Virus record (IMG/VR): IMGVR_UViG_3300021226_000189
Length of the DNA: 64,000 nucleotides
Direction: 5' to 3' (one strand)
Origin: a virus
Shown here: in pieces, positions 9,200 to 20,002 of the stretch
Numbering within the stretch: position 1 is the first letter of the stretch
Layout: every line of letters begins with the position of its first letter
The notes under the pieces: model-generated
Told to the model about the DNA's origin: nothing
The model's database searches: none
Seen by the model: only the letters and a program-made list of their open reading frames with translations
Translations under genes and position numbers: made by a program

Positions 9200-10267
9200 T
9201 TAGTATGCGAAAATTGGGATTGCGAATCTACCGACACGATCACCTGTTTTAGTGGTTGTATCTCCTTCAAAAGTTAAAAATCCAGCAGAAGACAATCTAA
9301 TTCTGGTAGTAGAAATTCCGTTCGATGATATAGCTTCAAATTGTGTGATTCTAAGGTTAGGTATAGCACCGCTCAAAGTGTGGGCAGGTGTTCCACCAAA
9401 TATTGAAGATAACGAGTTAGCACCAAAACCAACGGCTGACAACCCAGTTAAAGAACTGAAAATTGAACCTTGGATTGCTCTCCTATCTCTGATTTGTGTC
9501 CAAGAATTAATATTTGTATTTGGTGTGGCGGTTAATTGATAAAATGTTCCGTCCAAGCTAGCTATGTCACCAATATTTGCACTGGACAATAGTAATAATG
9601 TTGTAACAGATTGTTGGGGTAAAAATATTTTATTAATAGCACCATAATTTAGATTCAATACGCCAGTATCGAACAAGAATTGATTCGGATTTACACGTAA
9701 TGTGATTTTATTACTATTACCACCACTAAGACCATTACCAAAAGATGATGATAAGATCTCTCTTTCAGTTAAAGAATTAGCATTCGGTGTGAATAATCCA
9801 CTTGAAAGACCGAAATAATTTGTATTATAATTGACTTGTAATTGATTATTTCTAATAACTAATCCATTTGAAACTGTATTAGGATTGATTTTGGATGCCG
9901 ATACCGAACTCATACCAATAGTAAGAGACGAATTTTGATCGTAAACAATATCAGTGGCAACTCTAGTAGCAATTCTACCCCAATTGTTGATATTAGTATG
10001 AGGTGTTGCTGTTAATTGATACCAAATATTATTAACTGGAACAATATCACCAACTTCAGCGAATGTGGATGATAAACTATTAACAATTGATAGGGGGGTG
10101 TTGATTTTATTGGTAGCTGGAACCCCTCCTAAAGTCACGCCATTGCCAACATATAATCTTTGAGTATCTGTTGTAAATGCGATTTCTCCTTGATCCAAAC
10201 GCACCAACAATCGCTGTGCATTAGTACCTCTACGAATTTTTATTTTTGAGATTAAAATTTGTGACAT
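9200..10267 (-). CDS. tail fibre protein with Mtd_N-like N-terminal domain
   Basis: IKIRRGT...GEIAFTTDTQRLYVGNG; internal duplicated YQLTATPxTNINxW module. Confidence 0.75.
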   Translation of the reverse strand: MSQILISKIKIRRGTNAQRLLVRLDQGEIAFTTDTQRLYVGNGVTLGGVPATNKINTPLSIVNSLSSTFAEVGDIVPVNNIWYQLTATPHTNINNWGRIATRVATDIVYDQNSSLTIGMSSVSASKINPNTVSNGLVIRNNQLQVNYNTNYFGLSSGLFTPNANSLTEREILSSSFGNGLSGGNSNKITLRVNPNQFLFDTGVLNLNYGAINKIFLPQQSVTTLLLLSSANIGDIASLDGTFYQLTATPNTNINSWTQIRDRRAIQGSIFSSLTGLSAVGFGANSLSSIFGGTPAHTLSGAIPNLRITQFEAISSNGISTTRIRLSSAGFLTFEGDTTTKTGDRVGRFAIPIFAY

Positions 10268-10275
10268 ATTTTTAA

Positions 10276-10938
10276 TTATCCAATTCTTCTCCAGACGTAA
10301 ATACCGTAACTAGGTGGAATATTAGTATGGGAATTACTACCCCCAACGTTTGATGTAAAACCTTGCGATGAATTAGCTGTCATATCATCGATATCTATAG
10401 ATCTTGTAGCGTTTCCAGGAGTGTCTTGCCTACTTATACCATATACACTACCATTAGCTTGATTATCAGCAGATGTTTTAGCGTAAACACCATTTAAATG
10501 ATTATGTGTTGGGATTTGGTCTGTCGTTAGTTTAACTGAATATACTCCCCTAATATCATTACCAGAGATAAAAGCGACAGATTCTGAATTAACATCTACC
10601 CCCGTCCCAACACCTACTAAAAATCTTCCTTGAGAAATCTGTTCCCATGAAGTTCCAGTGAATCTAGATTGTGGATTCGTATCATCGAAACTCAGATATA
10701 CCGAATTTACTGGATAGAGATAATCAATGATAGTATTGAACCCTTCAACTGTTAATTTTTCAGTGGAAAGTGTTCCTGAAACATGAACACCATCTTTACC
10801 AACGTTTAATGCTGTTTTATTACCCAATCCGTCAAATACTGGAACTTTATTTGAAGAATCTACTGGGGTATTGGAAGTATGGAGCATACCTTTGTATGAA
10901 TCCGAAATGAATTGGTCTGTAAGATCTGGAAGTGCCAT
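10276..10938 (-). CDS. baseplate/tail-collar protein (gp10 C-terminal-like)
   Basis: YPVNSVY...W..I.QGRFLVGVG...GG...HTNIPPSYGIYVWRRIG. Confidence 0.7.
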   Translation of the reverse strand: MALPDLTDQFISDSYKGMLHTSNTPVDSSNKVPVFDGLGNKTALNVGKDGVHVSGTLSTEKLTVEGFNTIIDYLYPVNSVYLSFDDTNPQSRFTGTSWEQISQGRFLVGVGTGVDVNSESVAFISGNDIRGVYSVKLTTDQIPTHNHLNGVYAKTSADNQANGSVYGISRQDTPGNATRSIDIDDMTANSSQGFTSNVGGSNSHTNIPPSYGIYVWRRIG

Positions 10939-10946
10939 GTTATTAT

Positions 10947-12722
10947 TTATTCATTAGTGATCAAATTAGCAATCAATTTTTCTTGTATTTCAACTATTAG
11001 AGAAAATATCCTTTGCATGGTGACAGTATTAACACTCTCATTACCATTAATTCTTAAATTATTCAAATCAAATTCGATTTGATTGATTCTGTTTAACAAA
11101 ACATCATCATTTTTTATGATGTAGCAATTAGTAGCTTTGGTGTAAAGTGTCAACATATCTTTAGTTATATTGAAAAGTTCTTTATTGAACAGAATACCAA
11201 ACGAATCGTTGCTACATTTTAACCCATTGTAGTATTTTGACATACTCTTATCAATAGCTGAATAGAAAGTATCTTGAATATCGTGTTTCAGTGCATACAA
11301 TCTACCTGAATTGTGTAACAAATTATAATTTTTAACCCCTTTTGATATTTCTTTGAAATTTATATTCGTGAATAAATTAGAATCCTCCACATTCCATTTG
11401 ATCGTATTAGTATTTATTTTTATAAATGCTTCCCCAAATTTCAATCTAGGTGGATATTTCAAACCAAATTCTCTAAAAGATGCTGCTGTATTAGTGGGGT
11501 TAGATATGAATCTGGATTCTACTTTATTTCTTGTTGATAAAAAGATAATATTTGAATCAAATGATGAAAATTTTAATGTGTAAACATCAGACTGTTTAAC
11601 ATTGTTTATCGGATAATTGACTATAGTGTTATCAACATCATTTGGATCGAAAAAACACATTTGATAATTACCGACATTCCCATGTAAAATACCAACCAAA
11701 TCGTCAACATCCCTGATATCAATGGAAATAACATTAGCTATATTATAGCTGGATAATTTAAAATTGACTAAAGGTTCAGTCTCATTCTTTTTAAACAAAG
11801 TTAAAACGTTACTTTCTAAAGTAGTTCTCATTTTGTCGCCAAATTTCATGAAATCTGTCTCATTTTCATTTTGATTGTAGTATTTGGTATTATAAACACC
11901 TTTGGTTTTTGAAAATTCTCGTTTCAAATTCCATTTCAATCCGATAGTATCCACCGATTTAATTTGAATTGTGTCTGATATTACAAAATTATCACATTCG
12001 ATAAAATTCAATCCTTCATAAATGTATATCAAATCATTGATCGTCACATAAATTTTGTTATCAAATTCATCGTAATATATATCGTATACTTCTCTACCGA
12101 AACCTAAAGGCGTTATTTCATATATCAATTCGTCAGTATTATCAAATGAACCTTTAACTATGATCAAATCGTTACCTGTTGAACATAGATATTTGAACGA
12201 TTGGTCAGATTTAACCACGAAATCACCATATTTAATTTCTCCTAAAAATGCCCATTTCTCCGAATTTTGAAATCGCTCAACACCGATTGAAACTTGTTTC
12301 CCAGTCATCACATCGGTTGTTTTTTCATCTAATTCACTGGATGATATTGCGTAGTAATGGCAATTATTTTCGTCGAAATCGACAATCTGCGGGTTCTGTA
12401 ATATCAGAGATTTGAAAACGACCAAATTGTTTCTATTTATGATTTGGAAAATCTTATCCAACTCGGTTTTATTCAAAACATCGAATGAATTTGAGAAATA
12501 AGGCTGAACACCTTCAATTTTTTCAAATTGATTGTCGAATTCTAAATTGTTTAGATAAAATTCTGATATGAAATTTTGCTTCGGTGTTAAAATTTCAGAT
12601 TTCCCCGTTTGATATTGCTTACCAGTATAAGGATTACCATCAGAAATCGTGAAAAAACCCTGATAATCTATCCCATTCAGCGTGAATGCTTCTCCAGCAG
12701 TGTATTTATAATAAGAAATCAT
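10947..12722 (-). CDS. putative virion structural protein
   Basis: 591 aa within baseplate block, overlapping neighbours. Confidence 0.55.
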   Translation of the reverse strand: MISYYKYTAGEAFTLNGIDYQGFFTISDGNPYTGKQYQTGKSEILTPKQNFISEFYLNNLEFDNQFEKIEGVQPYFSNSFDVLNKTELDKIFQIINRNNLVVFKSLILQNPQIVDFDENNCHYYAISSSELDEKTTDVMTGKQVSIGVERFQNSEKWAFLGEIKYGDFVVKSDQSFKYLCSTGNDLIIVKGSFDNTDELIYEITPLGFGREVYDIYYDEFDNKIYVTINDLIYIYEGLNFIECDNFVISDTIQIKSVDTIGLKWNLKREFSKTKGVYNTKYYNQNENETDFMKFGDKMRTTLESNVLTLFKKNETEPLVNFKLSSYNIANVISIDIRDVDDLVGILHGNVGNYQMCFFDPNDVDNTIVNYPINNVKQSDVYTLKFSSFDSNIIFLSTRNKVESRFISNPTNTAASFREFGLKYPPRLKFGEAFIKINTNTIKWNVEDSNLFTNINFKEISKGVKNYNLLHNSGRLYALKHDIQDTFYSAIDKSMSKYYNGLKCSNDSFGILFNKELFNITKDMLTLYTKATNCYIIKNDDVLLNRINQIEFDLNNLRINGNESVNTVTMQRIFSLIVEIQEKLIANLITNE

Positions 12723-14908
12723 TTGAAGTAGATGATATTATTTAATTCGGTAGTTACTGGTGTGAAGTCATCACATGTTTTCTGAATTATTCGCTCCAAA
12801 TCCGATTTAATACTTTCGGGTAAGGTCGTATTTCTGATTAATATGTTGATATGATTAGATTTGAATGATTGGTTATTACAAATAGACTGTAGTAAATCAA
12901 TTTCATCATCATTATTTCTCTGACCACACGGAAGTGTTATCTCAATTTTGTCAACTCTTGCATTATCATTGACAAATGGTAATATCAGAGATTCATTGAA
13001 GGTTGTGGATTTCAAATATAATGAAAAATTGTTCTCATTATTAAAATTCGCAATAAAATTACCGAACAACACTTTCTTACCAAAAAATTGATACTTGTCG
13101 AAATTAATATTCAACACAATCTTCCCATTCAGATTCGCATAAGCGATTCCTTTCATAACATTTATTGAAAAAACGATATGATTATCCTTCAGAACTTTTA
13201 TCGGTTGAATAGTATTGAATTTGTTGTATGTATTATCACTTGGATCAAACGATATATAAGTTAATTCCACGAAATTACCATTTTTAATGATTTCTAGTCC
13301 AGCTTCTATATTGTTTCTATTACTTTTGAAAATCCAATTGCTATAATCACCCTTAAAGTTTAATAATAAAGTGAATTCTCCTGCATCATTTATCTTTTCG
13401 AAATAATTTAGATTGTCTTCATCACATAAATCAATTCTATCATCGGTAAGGATTGGATCAAAATCACCAATTCTTTCATAAACAAATTTATCATTTGGTT
13501 CAATAACAAAATCACTTTTCTTATCAAAAACTTGGAAAGCTGATAAGCTATCCCTGATAAAAGCATCATTTTTCACTAGATTTTCGACCAAATCTTCATA
13601 TGTCGGATTGAAAGTGGCTTTGAGTTTTAGTGCTTGTTCTTTTTCGATGAAATCAGGATAGTAATAACGATCAACCCAAATCTTTTCATCGCCTAATGGT
13701 GAACCCGATAACCAAGTGCATAGATAAACCTGACCATCACTGTAAAGATTATCATCATCAAGCTTATAAACTTTGTCAGAGTAAATTGGGGTGTCGAATG
13801 AGAACGCACCACATTCTACAAATTTAGTATCGTTGATATTTATTTTTAGAAAAGGGGCGAGACTAGAAGGTGCTTTCAAGTAATTCTTACCACTTTTTAT
13901 CACATAAGATTTATTGTAAAAGACATAATTCAACGTCAATTCTTCGTCTTTTTCTTTAGTAATATCGTTGAAAATAGACGTGTAATCTCTCATTTTATCT
14001 ATAAAGAACGGAGAACCTGATGTTGATAATAGATTGTTACCAGATGTAAATGTATCATCCTGTGTTAATTGATTTTTCAACACCAACAATTCCACCTCAT
14101 CATTTTCACTATGTATCAGATAATTATTTTCGATATTTTTCTCTATCAAATTGTTTGGTATAGTATTATCAGTATCGTATCCAACAATACTGAAATTTGC
14201 CATGTCTTCCACTTTCGAATAAAGTGGTCTATCAATATAGATAGTATTAGTCACTGCCAACACCTTATTAAATTCTGAAAATGGTGTTAAATTCAATGAA
14301 GTACCGCTTTTCGTCAGCATTTTACAAGTGGAATTACTATTCTCGAAAAGAGAAATGCTATTATTCGTCGCTGAATAAATGTAATTGAATACAATCGGTG
14401 ATATACCAATTTTATTTCCGAAAAATGAAATTCTATTATTATCTATCCCTAAATAATACTTTTTGTATTGATATAAGAAGTAGATCTTACAGGTGTTATC
14501 TTGTCCTATTTCTATGATGAAATTGGAAGCACTGTTTTTATCTGTCGTGAACCCATAATCACCATATTGATCGTATTTCGAATATTCCTCATTTTCTGTA
14601 AAGCGTAACACACCGAAATCTCTAGGTGAAAATGTTAAAAAAGATCCACCGAAATTCAATGTTGTTAAAATATCATCAGATTTGATTGGATTTGTTTCTG
14701 AGGATACTATGTCTGTTAATTTGAAATTTTTAGTGAGATAAAAAGAACTGTAATTTTTGAATTTTACATCCCTAACATCGGCAAATGCATCATAAAAATT
14801 AAAAGAAAATCCGCCATCATAATATCTTTGATACTTATTCAAAGTATTGATGTTGGAAGAATACGTTCTAGGGGAACAAGAAGATAATTTATTTACTGAA
14901 ACATCCAC
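12719..14908 (-). CDS. putative virion structural protein
   Basis: 729 aa, GTG start with TAAATA (tattta 14914-14919) 5 nt upstream. Confidence 0.55.
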   Translation of the reverse strand: MDVSVNKLSSCSPRTYSSNINTLNKYQRYYDGGFSFNFYDAFADVRDVKFKNYSSFYLTKNFKLTDIVSSETNPIKSDDILTTLNFGGSFLTFSPRDFGVLRFTENEEYSKYDQYGDYGFTTDKNSASNFIIEIGQDNTCKIYFLYQYKKYYLGIDNNRISFFGNKIGISPIVFNYIYSATNNSISLFENSNSTCKMLTKSGTSLNLTPFSEFNKVLAVTNTIYIDRPLYSKVEDMANFSIVGYDTDNTIPNNLIEKNIENNYLIHSENDEVELLVLKNQLTQDDTFTSGNNLLSTSGSPFFIDKMRDYTSIFNDITKEKDEELTLNYVFYNKSYVIKSGKNYLKAPSSLAPFLKININDTKFVECGAFSFDTPIYSDKVYKLDDDNLYSDGQVYLCTWLSGSPLGDEKIWVDRYYYPDFIEKEQALKLKATFNPTYEDLVENLVKNDAFIRDSLSAFQVFDKKSDFVIEPNDKFVYERIGDFDPILTDDRIDLCDEDNLNYFEKINDAGEFTLLLNFKGDYSNWIFKSNRNNIEAGLEIIKNGNFVELTYISFDPSDNTYNKFNTIQPIKVLKDNHIVFSINVMKGIAYANLNGKIVLNINFDKYQFFGKKVLFGNFIANFNNENNFSLYLKSTTFNESLILPFVNDNARVDKIEITLPCGQRNNDDEIDLLQSICNNQSFKSNHINILIRNTTLPESIKSDLERIIQKTCDDFTPVTTELNNIIYFK

Positions 14909-14916
14909 TTTATTAT

Positions 14917-15420
14917 TTAATCCGATGGTGTCTCAACCTCAATCACATACCCATCTCTTTTTGTCAATAATTGATGAATTTTTTTATTCGAGTTGTAAAT
15001 GGTGTTCACCAGATAAACATCTTCAATAGTTGAATTGTAATCACCATTTTGTATCAATATTGGAATATTGAAAGTAGATACATTATCATCACAATATTTC
15101 ATCTTACACACAGCGGTTAATCTCTTAGTTAGAGAAGTCCCACTTGGATAATATGTGTTACTATGTATTTTATAAAAAAATGATGTGTATCTATTCAAAG
15201 TTATGAAGTTATTTTTGTAACTATCATCTGAAAAGATATCATTCTCTTCAAAAGTGGATTTACCATCACCCCATTGTATATTGAGATACAGAGGCAATGT
15301 TACTTCAGAAACACTTGATAAATTTACATACAATGTTGTGGTATCAATAACCGATAATTCGCGTAAGGTGGTAGTGAAATTCGATGAGTTGGAAGATAAT
15401 GTGATGTATGCGGTGTTCAT
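14917..15420 (-). CDS. putative virion protein, Ig/PKD-like
   Basis: IQWGDG motif, beta-rich. Confidence 0.5.
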   Translation of the reverse strand: MNTAYITLSSNSSNFTTTLRELSVIDTTTLYVNLSSVSEVTLPLYLNIQWGDGKSTFEENDIFSDDSYKNNFITLNRYTSFFYKIHSNTYYPSGTSLTKRLTAVCKMKYCDDNVSTFNIPILIQNGDYNSTIEDVYLVNTIYNSNKKIHQLLTKRDGYVIEVETPSD

Positions 15421-17963
15421 TTTTGATCGTATTGGTTTAATTTTAACAATTTGAACGGATTGTTTCTATATTCGATATCAACAATACTGAATTGTTTCGA
15501 ATCGTCCTTCAATAAGAAGGATATATTGAAAATATCTTTTCTATGATTATATGATAATTTCGGTGTATCAATGTATGTGAAATCGATGTTGCCGACACTA
15601 ATATCTGAAATATCACCAGTGTAAGTTGATATTCTATATTTTTCTAAATCCATCTCGTAAATTGTCGGAGATATTCTGATATTATTTGCGGATATAGGAT
15701 CAATTTGATTCAAAATTGAGAAATATATAAAGTTATCTTTCTTGTAAGTATTCGTTATTTTGTTAAAAGGTGTTTTATTGAAACTGAAATTGAAAGTTTG
15801 TTTAGAAGGTATGTTGAAAACACCGTCTTCAAACTCAATAGGAGCGAATACTATGTTATTTTCAGTCTTGATGATCATCAAATCTTCATTCAAATCGAAC
15901 GATTCCACTGCGCTCAGGCATTCAGCGTATGCCGACAGTGGTAATACACCTGACAAGTAACTCATTTCGTTTTCAATTTTAGAAACCTTCATTGTATAGG
16001 AGTTTCTGACATACAATCCACCCTTCAACGTCAATCTATCATAAAGATTATTGGTCGGAGATGCTGATAAGATGTATTCACTATTGTTGAAAACAGTATC
16101 ATCATATCTTATGACAGGTATAGACGGTAATAAATCTTCATAATCGCTGTAGAAAAATTGCCCATCCACCATAAACGATGATAAACCGTTGGGTAATAAA
16201 TTTAGATTCAAATTAGCAGTTAAAGAAGGGAACAACGGGTCTAATAAAGCTCTTTGCGGTTTAGTTAGATTATTCACACCACCTTCCACTAAAGTAGAAT
16301 AGTAATATGATCCCGAATACTCGAAAGCACTCAAATCAGACGAAACAGTATCAATATAAGGAGTATTCCCATTAGCAAAAAATGCACCATCAAAGGTTTG
16401 AAAGTCGGGTAGATATTCACCAGAATAGTAAAAATAATCATCTGTGAAATTTCCACCGAATACTTGATAATATTGATTTATGAAACTGAAATTACTAGTG
16501 TAAGAACTCAAACCAGATCTAACAGTGCTTTCATAAGTGGTATTATCGTAAGTGGAATAATTGAAATTATACCCCTCATCATATAGAAAATCATAAAAAG
16601 TATGTCCGTTTAAAATTTGGTAATATCGAATCGGTGTATTGTTATTGATTATGGTTTTAGTGAAACTTCCATCATTTTTAAACAATCCGAATAAATTATT
16701 GTAGATGTCCGACTTAGAATCTTGGATATATCCAGATGAAAACACATCTTCGAGATATTTGGCAACTCTAGGTTCTATTCTAGAAGTATAACCATAGTAT
16801 TTTGTATCATCTTTTTTACTCCATGGGATATTTTTGGATTTACCAGATGTGAAATTCCTTCTAACATAATCATCGTTGTTGACAAATGTTAAAATTTCAC
16901 CATTATTTCCCCTAATATTTGGATCTGGAAAATAATATATAGTATTGGGTTCGACATTCTCTAGATTATAAGAAAATGTTGATATTTCTCCGTCGATATT
17001 GATAATCGAGGTTTTATGTGGTCTAAAATAACCAATTTCTTCTGGTGTGAGTAGAATTTTTCTATCTGTGGATGCAGTAGTTGGATTATCAATATTGAAA
17101 AAGTTTCTCGATGGATTATCTGCTGTGAATAAAATACCCGAAATAAAATCCGTAACCGTTGAGCCAGTCAAAAGAAAATAGTAATCACTTCCAATGTATT
17201 TTTTGGTCAATTTTCTCTTATTTTCCAATAAATCATCTATTTCTTTTAACTCCAACTGCTCTGTTGTGAAATCCGTAAAATCTTGTGCGATGATATCGGA
17301 ATTATCTCTGAGGAATAGATTCAATTCATAATCCAAATCTTTATTATCATATATTCTCTCATTTGCCTCTTGGTTGAAGTATGATGGATACCCATCATAC
17401 AATTCTTCAACTTCGATACTCAAATCTTGTTTAACATTATCAATATTGAAAGAATAATTACCATCTGGTAAACTTTCCAAGTAATTTATGATATTCTTCC
17501 TAATTTCAGATTTTAACAAATCTGAGGTCCCTATCATTTTTTTCTTTATTACTTGATATTTCAGTTCTTCTCTTTTTTGATTGTAGAAATTGGTGATTTC
17601 TATCAATTTTCTACTGTAAAATGGAATCACTAACTCCAAATCCAAAGGATCATTGAAATCGATCTGTGATAAGAATCTTTTTTCTTCATCATCTGTAAAA
17701 TTCAAAGAAACATCTTTGATGAAATTCCTACAATTTTCGATGATAGTCTTATCACTATCTTCAGCATTCACATCTTTTATCTGATTCCAATTTCTCAGAT
17801 ATTCGATATAGTAATTTTGACTGACTTCTGCCGATATGATATTATCAATATTTTTGATAAAATCTAAAAAAGAGAGGGGTTCTCTAACATCCAATGCGTA
17901 ACGAACATCCACATCAGGATTCGTTATCGATTTAGATATCTTGAAGTTCAAATTACCAGCCAT
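15417..17963 (-). CDS. large putative baseplate/virion structural protein
   Basis: 848 aa; TAAATA 6 nt upstream; in baseplate block. Confidence 0.55.
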   Translation of the reverse strand: MAGNLNFKISKSITNPDVDVRYALDVREPLSFLDFIKNIDNIISAEVSQNYYIEYLRNWNQIKDVNAEDSDKTIIENCRNFIKDVSLNFTDDEEKRFLSQIDFNDPLDLELVIPFYSRKLIEITNFYNQKREELKYQVIKKKMIGTSDLLKSEIRKNIINYLESLPDGNYSFNIDNVKQDLSIEVEELYDGYPSYFNQEANERIYDNKDLDYELNLFLRDNSDIIAQDFTDFTTEQLELKEIDDLLENKRKLTKKYIGSDYYFLLTGSTVTDFISGILFTADNPSRNFFNIDNPTTASTDRKILLTPEEIGYFRPHKTSIINIDGEISTFSYNLENVEPNTIYYFPDPNIRGNNGEILTFVNNDDYVRRNFTSGKSKNIPWSKKDDTKYYGYTSRIEPRVAKYLEDVFSSGYIQDSKSDIYNNLFGLFKNDGSFTKTIINNNTPIRYYQILNGHTFYDFLYDEGYNFNYSTYDNTTYESTVRSGLSSYTSNFSFINQYYQVFGGNFTDDYFYYSGEYLPDFQTFDGAFFANGNTPYIDTVSSDLSAFEYSGSYYYSTLVEGGVNNLTKPQRALLDPLFPSLTANLNLNLLPNGLSSFMVDGQFFYSDYEDLLPSIPVIRYDDTVFNNSEYILSASPTNNLYDRLTLKGGLYVRNSYTMKVSKIENEMSYLSGVLPLSAYAECLSAVESFDLNEDLMIIKTENNIVFAPIEFEDGVFNIPSKQTFNFSFNKTPFNKITNTYKKDNFIYFSILNQIDPISANNIRISPTIYEMDLEKYRISTYTGDISDISVGNIDFTYIDTPKLSYNHRKDIFNISFLLKDDSKQFSIVDIEYRNNPFKLLKLNQYDQK

Positions 17964-17968
17964 TTTTA

Positions 17969-20002
17969 TTATTTAACCAATGAAAGCGATTGATAAAGAG
18001 TATCTCTAAATAAAACATCTATCAAGAATCTTCGATATTCGGGAACTTCATCTAATATCACATTTTCATTATCAAGCATGTTGAAAAAAATTTCACTATT
18101 GTCTAAAATACTGTTACCATAAAGAGTATTGTCGAAAACATTATTATATTCAAAAAATAGGTAAAATTTCTTGATATCGTTGTAACTATATTCCGAAGGA
18201 AGAACCAGACCCCATCCCCAATTCTCGTTATAATCAGATAATTTGTAATAATTCGTATTAGTATCCTCTACAGGTTGTAGAGTGTTCAAGAAAACATATT
18301 CATTGCTGAATTTCTCCAAAGCTACAATTGGAATACCTGCCGATATCACATATGTGTCGGTATTAATCTGATTTCCTAAATTAATACCGTATGTTTCTCT
18401 AGTCGAATAACCTTTTAGGTCGAAATTCTGATTGAATTTGTTCTTGAATCCAAGTAATTTATTATCAGACAAAGATGCGATATCCATTATCCGTTTAATT
18501 TTTGATGGATAAGTGGCAATCAACGAATCGTAGATGTTATCAGGCGTTACCCCCATCATTTTCATCTGTGATATGAGAGATGTCAGTTCATCCCTATCAA
18601 CATCTTGAGTGTTTTCCACGAAATTTGTTATTTTTTCATATATCTTCTTACCCAGTGTATCATAAGATGAATCAATATTACCAAATATTGAACCTATGAA
18701 ATCATCAAACAACACTTCTTTATCGAATAAAAATTCTTGGAATCTTAAACCTTTGAACATTTCAGTCGCATCGAAATCTTCATTTTTTTTAGTTATTGTG
18801 ATGAAATCTTGAGGATATACATCAAAAACGGAAGATACCCCTTCAATGTTAAAAACAGAACCGTTTATAGAAGATACTGATCCACTAATTGTTATTTCAA
18901 CATCATTTATTTTGTAACCATTTCTAAATATGATAGATTTTCTCGTAGAACCATCGAAATCTTCAATGTTTCTCACGGTGTAATACATGGGAGGAACCAC
19001 CGCATTAGACGACAACACTACAAAATTGAAATTTGTGGAAGATAATGAGCGAATATTCTTCACTGTGTAGTCTTCAGAATCCTTGACCTTTATTACAAAA
19101 GGGATTTCAACATTGTTGAATTTCGTATCATCAAGTTCAAAAGAATTTGATGGGTAGAATTCACCATCGATACCATTTGAGGTGATCGAAAATCTGTCAA
19201 TCTCATTATTTACTACTATATTTGCTGATAATTCTATGGCTAAATTGTTATTGTAAATCTCATTATTTCTTTTATCGAAAAAGAATTTCAATCTGACCTT
19301 ATCGACAGTATCATTTTTGAAATACACCTTACTTGTTCCAGATAATCCAACGTAGAAAGAATCTTCGTCAGTCGAATTTGCTATAACTATCGAATTATTT
19401 CGAATTTTAGCGTAAATGGGAGTCGTATCTATTACAATTTTATCACTCGCTACAAATTCATCTGAAGATTTTTTGTAATTGAATTTTTTATTGTAAATAG
19501 AGTAATTGTTCCTCAAGTGGATGAACTTATCTTTCTCATCTTGGAAGAAATATTGACTATCACTACCATACACACGATAATAAATATCACTCTTCTCCAC
19601 ATTTGATGGATAAAAAGCATTGAAAATGATAGGTCCTTCAATTTTACCAGCTTTCCATGTGATACTGTTATTGTAAGTCGGATTTTCAAAATTCACATTG
19701 AATGTGAATGGTAAAAAATCTTTAATATCAACAATTTTCGATGTTCTCGATACGATAGCATTTGAAAAACAATCATAAATTGTCAAATTTGTCACATATC
19801 TACCAGGCTTCTCATAGTATTTTTTAGCTGTCAGAGCGGTTGAATAAGTATCATCTCCGAAATCCCATAATGTTCTAATATAAAAGAAATTCTCAACATT
19901 AGGAATAAATGTTAAAGGTGTTTCTTTCAAAGCATAAGAACTTAAAGACGGCTGATTCTTGAAGTCTATGATGGAGTATTCTAAATCTGCTAAATTACTC
20001 AT
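17969..20002 (-). CDS. putative baseplate protein with N-terminal PKD domain
   Basis: WDFGDD...Y..PG.Y...LTI; follows gp6-like gene. Confidence 0.6.
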   Translation of the reverse strand: MSNLADLEYSIIDFKNQPSLSSYALKETPLTFIPNVENFFYIRTLWDFGDDTYSTALTAKKYYEKPGRYVTNLTIYDCFSNAIVSRTSKIVDIKDFLPFTFNVNFENPTYNNSITWKAGKIEGPIIFNAFYPSNVEKSDIYYRVYGSDSQYFFQDEKDKFIHLRNNYSIYNKKFNYKKSSDEFVASDKIVIDTTPIYAKIRNNSIVIANSTDEDSFYVGLSGTSKVYFKNDTVDKVRLKFFFDKRNNEIYNNNLAIELSANIVVNNEIDRFSITSNGIDGEFYPSNSFELDDTKFNNVEIPFVIKVKDSEDYTVKNIRSLSSTNFNFVVLSSNAVVPPMYYTVRNIEDFDGSTRKSIIFRNGYKINDVEITISGSVSSINGSVFNIEGVSSVFDVYPQDFITITKKNEDFDATEMFKGLRFQEFLFDKEVLFDDFIGSIFGNIDSSYDTLGKKIYEKITNFVENTQDVDRDELTSLISQMKMMGVTPDNIYDSLIATYPSKIKRIMDIASLSDNKLLGFKNKFNQNFDLKGYSTRETYGINLGNQINTDTYVISAGIPIVALEKFSNEYVFLNTLQPVEDTNTNYYKLSDYNENWGWGLVLPSEYSYNDIKKFYLFFEYNNVFDNTLYGNSILDNSEIFFNMLDNENVILDEVPEYRRFLIDVLFRDTLYQSLSLVK

